Source: Opitutia bacterium KCR 482
Lineage (GTDB): Bacteria > Verrucomicrobiota > Verrucomicrobiia > Opitutales > Intestinicryptomonadaceae
Length of the DNA: 32,000 bases
Assembly: GCA_029269845.2 (NCBI GenBank)
Contig: CP149973.1
Location: forward strand, 2,010,001 to 2,042,000
Reading direction: 5' to 3'
The position numbers and the translations under genes were made by a program. This document shows, piece after piece, positions 15,328-23,500 of this stretch. Position 1 is the first letter of the stretch; each line of letters begins with the position of its first letter. The notes beneath the pieces are model-generated. The model saw only the letters and a program-made list of their open reading frames with translations. It did not search any database and was not told where the DNA came from.

Positions 15328-16446
15328 ATGATTTTGACTGCTATGGAAAATATATATTTAGAGCATTACAAGCCTTTAATTAAAAAGTTTATTGAAGAAA
15401 TGGACAAACTTGAATTACCTGAAATTCAAGGAATGCCAGAGCCATTTCTTAGTTATTTTGGGAAAAGATATTTTTCATCTCAGCAAAGAATAGTTTTTGT
15501 TGGTCGGGATACAAAAAACTATGGCGATCTAAGATTGTTTATCAAAGCGGAAAAAAACAACCCGCTTTCCAAAGTAAAGTCAGAGTTAAATTCATTCCAA
15601 AAGCTTGATTTTAGGAATTGGGGTTCTACAAGATATAAGTTTTTTGGTTTTATAATGATGTTTTTTGCAATCAAGAACGATTTACAACCAGAAAATTGGA
15701 CTCTCATCAAACAGGATAAATATAAAGACCTCTTGGAATCGTTCGCATGGGCAAATTGCCAACCCATAGAATATTATGAAAGCACAGCAAAACATCGAGG
15801 TGTAGATGGTGTTCTATGGGAAAAAATAAGAAATGCAGGACGAGTCTTCTACGGCTTTAAACATATTTTAACGACATTGGATCCTGATGTTGTTGTAATA
15901 CTGCACAAGAATATTCCTTCTGACTACTTTGAAGGTGTTAACATCCAAAAAATCGAGGGGAATTCATTTTATGAGCACTATATTTTGAACGATAAAAATG
16001 TACATATCATTAAACTTTGCCATCCAAATCGTATGCGTTTGACTGCAAGCGAGATGACTGTAAGTAACTTTTGTAATTTTTTGAAGGATAAAATGGATGT
16101 TATCAAAAAAGATTCAGTAATTTCAGCGAATACTTCTGCAAAAGTTGAATATTTTAAAAAATATAAAGAAAATTTAGCCAAAACTGCGGATAAATATGAA
16201 TTTATTTTTGCACTGGCGAAATATCTACAATCGCATAACATTTATATGTCATATAACGGGTTGGCAGAGCTTCTAAACTACTGCGGATATACAACGAATA
16301 GGGGTACTCAATATGTCGTGAATTCAAAACGGGCTAGAATTATAGGAACAGCGTATCGCCGTGCGAAAGATAAAAATGATCATAGTTTAGCCGAAACAAT
16401 AGCTACAGTTTTTGTGAATCCGAATTTTTCATATAAGTACGAATAA
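15328..16446 (+). CDS. hypothetical 372-aa protein; N-terminal ~240 aa possibly UDG-fold-like
   Basis: Starts 22 nt after the lipoprotein gene on the same strand, with lower GC than the three upstream genes. RIVFVGRDTKNYG and IIKLCHPNRMRL sit in the relative positions of UDG-superfamily motifs A and B. This is a weak, pattern-only assignment. Confidence 0.55.
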   Translation: MILTAMENIYLEHYKPLIKKFIEEMDKLELPEIQGMPEPFLSYFGKRYFSSQQRIVFVGRDTKNYGDLRLFIKAEKNNPLSKVKSELNSFQKLDFRNWGSTRYKFFGFIMMFFAIKNDLQPENWTLIKQDKYKDLLESFAWANCQPIEYYESTAKHRGVDGVLWEKIRNAGRVFYGFKHILTTLDPDVVVILHKNIPSDYFEGVNIQKIEGNSFYEHYILNDKNVHIIKLCHPNRMRLTASEMTVSNFCNFLKDKMDVIKKDSVISANTSAKVEYFKKYKENLAKTADKYEFIFALAKYLQSHNIYMSYNGLAELLNYCGYTTNRGTQYVVNSKRARIIGTAYRRAKDKNDHSLAETIATVFVNPNFSYKYE

Positions 16447-16502
16447 ACTTAAAGTTTTGTTTGCATAATATTTGAAAGATAAAAATTAGTATATAATAGC
16501 TC

Positions 16503-16519
16503 GCGACATATAATGTCGC
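16503..16519 (+). promoter_or_regulatory. GCGAC-N7-GTCGC element upstream of the Imm-family gene
   Basis: GCGAC ATATAAT GTCGC. The arms extend to 8 bp (CTCGCGAC/GTCGCGAG, 16500-16522). 22 nt lie before the ATG at 16542. Confidence 0.55.
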
Positions 16520-16541
16520 GAGTTTCGCTTATGATTTGGGT

Positions 16542-16736
16542 ATGGAAATTTTGGTGCTTTTAGTTGTTATATTATTGGCGGCATTTGTTTATTTTTTGCC
16601 TGTGATTATTGCGTTTTGGCGCAGGCACACTTACAGGTGGGTGATTTTTATTTTAAATATATTCGGGTTCTTGGGTATCTTTTGGATTGTAGCGCTCATT
16701 TGGTCGGTTTGGCCGCGCGACGAAATGTTTAATTAA
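16542..16736 (+). CDS. superinfection immunity (Imm_superinfect family) small membrane protein
   Basis: VYFLPVIIAFWRRHTYRWVIFILNIFGFLGIFWIVALIWSVW matches the YFLP.IIA..R.H......I...N...G.....W...L.W pattern of the T4 Imm-like family, with two TM helices. ATG 16542 preferred to TTG 16536. Confidence 0.7.
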   Translation: MEILVLLVVILLAAFVYFLPVIIAFWRRHTYRWVIFILNIFGFLGIFWIVALIWSVWPRDEMFN

Positions 16737-16744
16737 TTTTTTGT

Positions 16745-16761
16745 GCGACGTAAAATGTCGC
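16745..16761 (+). promoter_or_regulatory. GCGAC-N7-GTCGC element upstream of the 71-aa ORF
   Basis: GCGAC GTAAAAT GTCGC. 51 nt lie before the ATG at 16813. Confidence 0.55.
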
Positions 16762-16812
16762 GCTGGTGATTAAAATAGACGTCGCCAAACAAAATTAACA
16801 GAAAGGATAATT

Positions 16813-17028
16813 ATGGCACTTTGGACTGTTACGGTAAAAGCAACAAGAAACATAAACGGTCTTAGACTCGAACGCGGAATGAGTGTGCAGGTCTCGTCGA
16901 TGTACCACCCGATATCGTATAATAACGGTGAAGCAACTCGTCAGGCTTTCATCCGAATCTATGGCATAGATTTAAAAAAGGCAGGCGCGCTTAGCATTGC
17001 GTACTTTGACATAGAAAAGCAAAACTAA
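16813..17028 (+). CDS. hypothetical 71-aa protein
   Basis: RBS AAAGGA lies upstream, the ORF has its own upstream palindromic element, and a terminator hairpin follows. No domain recognised. Confidence 0.55.
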   Translation: MALWTVTVKATRNINGLRLERGMSVQVSSMYHPISYNNGEATRQAFIRIYGIDLKKAGALSIAYFDIEKQN

Positions 17029-17036
17029 ATAACGAA

Positions 17037-17066
17037 GCGGCGGAATAATTTATTCCGCCGCTTTTT
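17037..17066. terminator. bidirectional terminator hairpin between convergent small genes
   Basis: GCGGCGGAATAA-T-TTATTCCGCCGC (12-nt arms) followed by TTTTT on the + strand. The stop of the minus-strand gene lies inside the hairpin. Confidence 0.65.
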
Positions 17067-17262
17067 CATCGAGTTCCTGTTTGTATTTTTCAAAACAAGC
17101 CGGATGTCGCTTTAAAACATCTATGCATTCGTCGGGGTAATTGTGCTGATTCTTTTCGATATATTCTTCCTGCGTTTGGGTGTCGGACTGCCAAAATAAC
17201 GGCTCTACCCAACTTGAAATGTAGGAGCACGCAACAACTATTAAAACTGCAATATCTTTCAT
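17050..17262 (-). CDS. small secreted protein or lipoprotein (70 aa)
   Basis: MKDIAVLIVVACSYISSW is a signal-like N-terminus with Cys. Start moved to ATG 17262 because the track start at 17310 overlaps the regulatory element. Confidence 0.45.
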   Translation of the reverse strand: MKDIAVLIVVACSYISSWVEPLFWQSDTQTQEEYIEKNQHNYPDECIDVLKRHPACFEKYKQELDEKAAE

Positions 17263-17298
17263 TTTTGTTTTCTGTTTCAAAAATAATAACCATCGGAA

Positions 17299-17315
17299 GC
17301 GACAATACACGTCGT
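17299..17315 (-). promoter_or_regulatory. GCGAC-N7-GTCGC element upstream of the 70-aa ORF
   Basis: Minus-strand reading is ACGAC GTGTATT GTCGC. 36 nt lie before the ATG at 17262. Confidence 0.45.
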
Positions 17316-17346
17316 TTAAGATTTATTTTGAGATATTTTTATGAGA

Positions 17347-17363
17347 ACGACGTATTCTGTCGC
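17347..17363 (+). promoter_or_regulatory. GCGAC-N7-GTCGC element upstream of the 557-aa repeat protein gene
   Basis: ACGAC GTATTCT GTCGC. 95 nt lie before the ATG at 17459. Confidence 0.5.
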
Positions 17364-17458
17364 GGGCGTCTTTTATAAGAATCTTAAAAAGAGAAGCAAT
17401 TTCTTAACTTCTCTAAAAAATAATTGCAAAACTAAACAATATATAACAAAATAAAGAT

Positions 17459-19132
17459 ATGAAAAAATACACAGATGAACAATTGGAAAAGTTCAATTCG
17501 GAAGAATGGTGCGACTTACTTTTGGCACAACCGCAGTTTGCTGAACAATGCGATAGATTTAATGCTTGGATGAAATTCAAATCAGGTGATTGGACTGATA
17601 TTTTGCGTAAACTACCGCAGTTTGCCGATAGATGTGATAAAATCAATGCTTGGACAAAATTTGAAGATGTCTCTTGTAGTCTTCTTATCCGCGAACAACC
17701 GCAGTTTGCCGATAGATGCGATAAAGTCAATGGTTGGGTAAAATTTAATGACTTAGCTTGGTACCTGGTTCTCTCTGCTCAACCGCAATTTGCAGACAGA
17801 TGTGATAAGCTAAACGGCTGGGCAAATTTTGATGGAAGAGTTTGGCATGATCTACTTTTAAAACAACCGCAGTTTGTAGAAAAAGCTAAAAACTATGCAT
17901 CAGGCTGGGCTGGTATTATTATGCAGACTCCTGAACTTGCATCTGAATGCAAAGATTGGGAGAAGTTCGGCGGTTCTGAATGGATTGAGCTTTTACCGCA
18001 GTTTACAGATTGGTGCGATAAGGTAAATGGTTGGATGAAATTTACTTCAGAAGATTGGTGCGAATTTCTTTCTAATCATCCAGAACTTGCGGGCAAATGT
18101 GATAAAATGAACGGCTGGGCGAAATTCAATTCAGGAGATTGGAGTGAACTTCTTTCTAATTTTCCAAAGTTTGCGAGTAAATGCGATAAACAAGATGGCT
18201 GGAAAAATTTTGATTCAGATGCATGGGGTGCTCTTTTAGGTTCCCAACCGCAGTTTGTAACTAGGTGTGATAAGTCTAATGGCTGGAGAAAAATCACTTC
18301 GGCAGATTGGGAATACATGCTTTTCTATCAACCGCAATTTGCAGACAGGTGTGATAAGGTTAACGGTTGGGTGGAATTCACTTCGGGGAACTGGAGTGAA
18401 CTACTTTCAAAACGACCGCAGTTTGTAGATAAATGCGATAAAGTTGATGGTTGGGAACAATTCGATGGAGAGGATTGGCGTGCTATTCTCTCTTCCCAAC
18501 CGCAGTTTGTGGACAGGTGCGATAAAATAAATGGTTGGGCTGAATTCGACGGCTTAAATTGGGGGTACCTACTTTCAAAACAACCGCAGTTTGCGGATAA
18601 ATGCGATAAAATGGACGGTTGGAAACAATTCGACGGATTAAGTTGGTGCATCCTTCTTTCTGCCAAACCACAGTTTGTAGAAAAGTGTGATAAAATGGAC
18701 GGATGGAAGCAAATTGATGGATCCGGTTGGAGTATCTTGCTTTCGGACCAACCGCAGTTCGTGGATAGATGCGATAAGGTAAACGGTTGGGCGGAATTCA
18801 CTTCAGGGAATTGGGTGGAACTTATTTTTAATCATCAGCAGTTTGCTGACTGGTGTGATAAGATGAATGGCTGGGTGGAATTCAATTCGGTTGATTGGCA
18901 CGATTTGCTATACTATCACCCAGAGTTTGCAGACAGATGTGATAAAGTGGATGGTTGGGGACAATTTGATGGATCAGAATGGAGATACCTTCTCTCGGGC
19001 CAACCGCAATTTGCAGATAGATGCGATAAGGTAAACGGCTGGATAAAATTCATTCCGGCGGATTGGGATGAGTTGCTTTCTTCCCAGCCGCAGTTTGTGG
19101 ACAAGCGAACAAAGTGTAAAAAGAACTCATAG
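17459..19132 (+). CDS. tandem 28-residue repeat protein (~19 repeats, consensus DW..LLS.QPQFADRCDKVNGW..F...)
   Basis: Almost the whole protein is made of 28-aa units. No signal peptide or TM segment. No named repeat family recognised. Confidence 0.85.
   Translation: MKKYTDEQLEKFNSEEWCDLLLAQPQFAEQCDRFNAWMKFKSGDWTDILRKLPQFADRCDKINAWTKFEDVSCSLLIREQPQFADRCDKVNGWVKFNDLAWYLVLSAQPQFADRCDKLNGWANFDGRVWHDLLLKQPQFVEKAKNYASGWAGIIMQTPELASECKDWEKFGGSEWIELLPQFTDWCDKVNGWMKFTSEDWCEFLSNHPELAGKCDKMNGWAKFNSGDWSELLSNFPKFASKCDKQDGWKNFDSDAWGALLGSQPQFVTRCDKSNGWRKITSADWEYMLFYQPQFADRCDKVNGWVEFTSGNWSELLSKRPQFVDKCDKVDGWEQFDGEDWRAILSSQPQFVDRCDKINGWAEFDGLNWGYLLSKQPQFADKCDKMDGWKQFDGLSWCILLSAKPQFVEKCDKMDGWKQIDGSGWSILLSDQPQFVDRCDKVNGWAEFTSGNWVELIFNHQQFADWCDKMNGWVEFNSVDWHDLLYYHPEFADRCDKVDGWGQFDGSEWRYLLSGQPQFADRCDKVNGWIKFIPADWDELLSSQPQFVDKRTKCKKNS
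17501..19106 (+). repeat. in-frame 84-bp tandem repeat array (coding)
   Basis: The conserved core (C[AT]ACCGCAGTTTGC) recurs at 17528, 17612 and 17696, an exact 84-bp spacing, and continues to ~19.1 kb. The units are diverged at the nucleotide level. Confidence 0.85.
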
Positions 19133-19230
19133 GAAATATGTAGGAAAAGTTTAACGTTGGCAGGTCAACATCAGATTATTAGTTAAATAGTTAAAGAAAA
19201 GTCTTGCAAATCGGAATGTAAACTCCCAAA

Positions 19231-20394
19231 ATGCAAGGTATGAAAATTGAACGGTCGGAAAAGTTAAAAATCGAGAATGATTTAAATCGATTTCCTGTTG
19301 TTGCCATTGTAGGGGCGAGACAGGTCGGGAAAACAACTCTTGCAAGGGAAATTGTCGCCGACTTGAAGGAGTTGAGCGTTTATCTCGATATGGAAAAGCC
19401 TGCCGATTACGACAAACTTAATGATGCGTATCTTTATCTCAAAGACAACTCCGAAAAACTCGTAATAATCGACGAAATTCAGCTGCGCCCCGAGTTGTTT
19501 CCTCTGCTTAGAAGCCTAATCGACGAAGACAGAAGAAACGGCAGGTTTTTGATTCTCGGCAGTGCTTCGCCTGAGTTGCTGAATAAATCTTCACAATCAT
19601 TGGCTGGACGAATCTGTTATCACGAATTATCTTCGTTTAGTCTTTTTGAGGTAGGCGCGGAAAGTGCGGATAAACTATGGCTAAGGGGCGGTTTCCCCGA
19701 TTCATTTCTCGCCGCGGACGACGAACAAAGTTTTTCGTGGCTTGATTCTTTTGTTTCAACATTCTTGGAGCGGGATTTAAACATCTTGGGTTTCCGTCTT
19801 TCGCCGACTCAAATGCGCCGAGTTTGGACAATGACGGCGCATTATCACGGTTCGGCCATAAATTATTCGAGCCTCGGGAAATCGCTGGAAGTGTCGAACA
19901 AAACCGTAAAATACTGGTTGGACGTTTTGAGCGATACTTACATGCTCCGTCAGCTCCACCCTTGGTCTGGGAATACGTCGAAAAGACTGGTTAAGTCTCC
20001 CAAAGTCTATTTGCGGGATACCGGCATCTTGCATTCGCTTCTAAAAATAGAAACAAAAGATTCACTTTTGTCCCACCCGATACTCGGCGCATCTTGGGAG
20101 GGCTTCGCGATAGAGCAAATAATATCCGCCGCTCCCGCGCGTTCGGAATTTAGCTACTATCGAACGGCTACCGGCGAAGAAATCGACTTAATTGTGGATT
20201 CTCCGAAAGCGGGGCGAATTGCTTTTGAAATAAAGCGTTCTTCCGTGCCCGCACTCGGGAAAGGATTTTACAACGCGCTCGATACAATCAAACCTCAAAA
20301 GGCGTTTATCATTTATTCCGGCGACGAGCAATATCGCATAAATGATACAGTTTCTGCATTGCCGTTGAAGATGGTACCCGAGGTTTTTGAGTAA
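19231..20394 (+). CDS. AAA_14/DUF4143-type ATPase
   Basis: Walker A VVAIVGARQVGKTTL, Walker B LVIIDEIQ, RGGFPDSFL, and YLRDTGILHSLL typical of the DUF4143 C-terminal region. An alternative start is ATG 19240. Confidence 0.85.
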   Translation: MQGMKIERSEKLKIENDLNRFPVVAIVGARQVGKTTLAREIVADLKELSVYLDMEKPADYDKLNDAYLYLKDNSEKLVIIDEIQLRPELFPLLRSLIDEDRRNGRFLILGSASPELLNKSSQSLAGRICYHELSSFSLFEVGAESADKLWLRGGFPDSFLAADDEQSFSWLDSFVSTFLERDLNILGFRLSPTQMRRVWTMTAHYHGSAINYSSLGKSLEVSNKTVKYWLDVLSDTYMLRQLHPWSGNTSKRLVKSPKVYLRDTGILHSLLKIETKDSLLSHPILGASWEGFAIEQIISAAPARSEFSYYRTATGEEIDLIVDSPKAGRIAFEIKRSSVPALGKGFYNALDTIKPQKAFIIYSGDEQYRINDTVSALPLKMVPEVFE

Positions 20395-20527
20395 TATTCA
20401 ACAATATAAACCATAAACAATGTTGTGATGCATTGAAGCATTTAAACAACAAATATTTTTCTGACATAAGTATATAAAAATTCAATATTCACGAATAAGA
20501 TTATTAACTCGAGAATACATATAAAGC

Positions 20528-23500
20528 ATGCAGTTTATTCCTAATGGCCCAGATATTCCGATTCAACTATTGAAAGCTCACGAAGAAGGTAAGGTTGTAT
20601 TCTTTTGCGGAGCTGGAATATCTATGAATTTTGGGTTGCCAAATTTTGAAAATTTAGCTTATAAAATCTACGAACTGAACCACGAAGAACCGATTCCAAC
20701 CGAGCGTAATGCTATTAAAAATGGTTTTGTCGATGAAGCTCTTGAATCATTTGAAAATCGTATTGTAAGCGATAAAATATCCATCAGAAAATCGTTACAT
20801 TCCATATTAAAGCCAGATTATCGAAAAACCAAAGGAAATACGCACAAAGCTCTATTGGATTTGGCAAAAAACAAATCCGGTGAATATCGTATAGTCACTA
20901 CAAATTTTGACAGAATATTTTCCGATACTTTAGAAAAGTATAACATACCAGTAAGAGAACACATAGCGCCATACATTCCTATCCCCAAACCGACCAATTG
21001 GAACGGTCTTGTATATCTACATGGAAGATTACCAGACAAAGAAGAAGACATAAGTAGCTTAAAAAATTTAGTTCTTACGAGTGGAGATTTTGGGTTAGCA
21101 TATTTACGAGAATATTGGGCATCACGTTTTGTAAATGAATTATTCCGTAATTTTGTTGTTTGTTTTGTCGGGTATGGAATAAATGATCCCATTTTAAAAT
21201 ACATGCTGGATGCATTGTCTGCCGATAGAAAAGCTGGGGAATCTCAGTTCCCAGTTTATGCATTTATAGAAGATGACACAAAAAATACAGAAAACAAAGA
21301 ATTGATACATAACGCAATAATTCCCATACGCTATAAAACAGACAATAAGCATTCTCTTTTGCACGACACGTTGATTGAATGGGCGAATGTATATTCGAGT
21401 GGAGTCGACGGTAAGGTTCAATACGTTTTAAAATACGCATCTTCAGACCCATCAAAAAATTCTAATAACGATGATTACGTTGGAAGAATGATTTGGGCAT
21501 TGACAGATTATACCGGAATTCCTGCGAAGAAATTTGCCGAAATGAATCCGCCACCGACGATTGAATGGTTATATATATTTTCTGAAAAGGATCCATTTGG
21601 CTTTTTTGGGAATAAGAAAGTGAGTGAAAAGAACAATATTACAGAACCGATTGTAAAATGGATGTTAAAACACATTAATTCCAGCAAACTAATCTTATGG
21701 TTTGCAGAAAACAGATGGGGGGTTGACAAAAAATTTATCGCATTGGTTGAAGATGTGTTTACAAGAACCCTCATATTAATAAAAAATGGAGACCAGAAGA
21801 ACTCCCCATATGCAACCTTGTCAAAGCGTAACAAAGCGTTATGGTGGTTGATTCTAAGAGGTTATGTTTTAAGGAATCGCGATTTTGATTTTTATAATTG
21901 GATAAATCACTACGAGGATACAAAATTGGACTTCATTGGAAAGAAAACATTATACGAACTTTGTTCTCCAAAAATACAAATACAGAGAAACTTCTTATCG
22001 TGGAATGAAACAACTCATCAGCCAATCGAAGACGAAATTCTTATCGATGTTGTGCTGACATGCCAACAGTTACGTTATGAAAAAAATGCCATAAGAAAAA
22101 TTGTTCCTCTTGAAACCTTATTTGAATGTGCGCAAAAATCCTTAACCGACTTTCTAGATCTTTCTGGAGAATTAGATTTGGCAAACGAAAAATTTGATAG
22201 ATCGGCATACGACCTTCCATCCATTGAAGAACATCCGCAAAACAAAAAACATTACAGCGCATGGGTTGTTCTTATTGAACTACTTCGGGATATATGGTTG
22301 GATATTAATGCAACGAATCACAAAAAAGCAATGACAATTGCAATATCCTGGTGGCAAGAAAAATACCCAGCATTCAAGAGACTAGCACTTTTTGCTGCAT
22401 CTAAATCTAAACACATTAATTCCGCACTTTGGATAAAATGGATTTTAGCCGATAATGCATATTGGTTATGGGGTACGGCTACATATCATGAAGTAATTAC
22501 TCTCTTGTCGCAAAGAGCAATCGAATTACCTCCTATTTCATTTGAAAAATTGAAAGATGCAATAATGAGTGGGCCGCAACGGTCTTTGTATCGGAGAGAT
22601 ATTTCTGATGGAGAATATCAGCGTATTAGAGAACGCAAAATTTGGTATTACTTCGCAAAAATACAAAATGGCGGTTGTAATTTGCCTTCAACCATATCTG
22701 ATGTCTTGTCGAAATTTTCCCAACAATATGGGTGGAAACTTGATGATAATTCAAAGGAAGATTTTCTCTCCTGGTCGATCGGTTCGGGGGATCCAGAATA
22801 TGAAAATAGACCGATAACAGATAAAACTCCAGATAAACTAACAAATCTTGTTGAGTGGCTTGGGGAAGAGAAACAAAAAAACAATTTTTATTATAAGTCA
22901 GACTGGGCAGAGTTCTGTGCCGAAAATTATAAGTTTGCGGCATATGGATTGTATTTTGCCATAAAAAACAATAAATGTTCTAAAGAAAAGCTTAATGTTG
23001 CATTGGCAACTTGGTGTAGAAAAAGTGATACGTTAAGAAAGCTTTGGCAATTGATTCCAAGCACAGATCTATCTTTTATTAATAATACAACCATTAGTAA
23101 TTCCAAAGGACAAATAATTTCATGTTTAACTCAGTTATCAGAAGATACTGAAATTTGGAAGAAAGATGATACAAATGAAAATATTGAGGTATTTTGTGAT
23201 TTTTGTTTTAGAGTAATCGATATTGTGTTTAACAAAAAAGAATTTGATTCTGTCGATATAAATGATGCAATAAACGATCCATGCGAGCAACTTTCAGTGG
23301 CAATATTCAAAATATGGATAAGCGAAAATCCATCAAAAAATTCTGGATTAACAGAATATTGGAAAACTATATTTGGACGTTTATTAGATGTAAAAAACAA
23401 GAATTTGTTTTATACCAAATTCGCATTTGGGGAGTATTTGAACGCTTTGTATTACGTTGATAAACAATGGGTCAAAGATCATATGTATCCGATGTTTTTA

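Noticed and set aside
17413-19104. Series of minus-strand ORFs (17413..17730, 18076..18318, 18328..18801, 18916..19104) with repeated LSHLSANCG-like peptides
   Set aside because: They are mirror images of the 84-bp coding repeats in the sense gene. They are broken by stops wherever the repeat diverges, whereas the sense frame is continuous for 557 aa.
17501-19106. Possible CRISPR array suggested by a regular 84-bp periodicity
   Set aside because: There is no alternation of identical repeats with unique spacers. The whole unit is similar throughout, in frame, and translates into a coherent 28-aa protein repeat. No cas genes are nearby.
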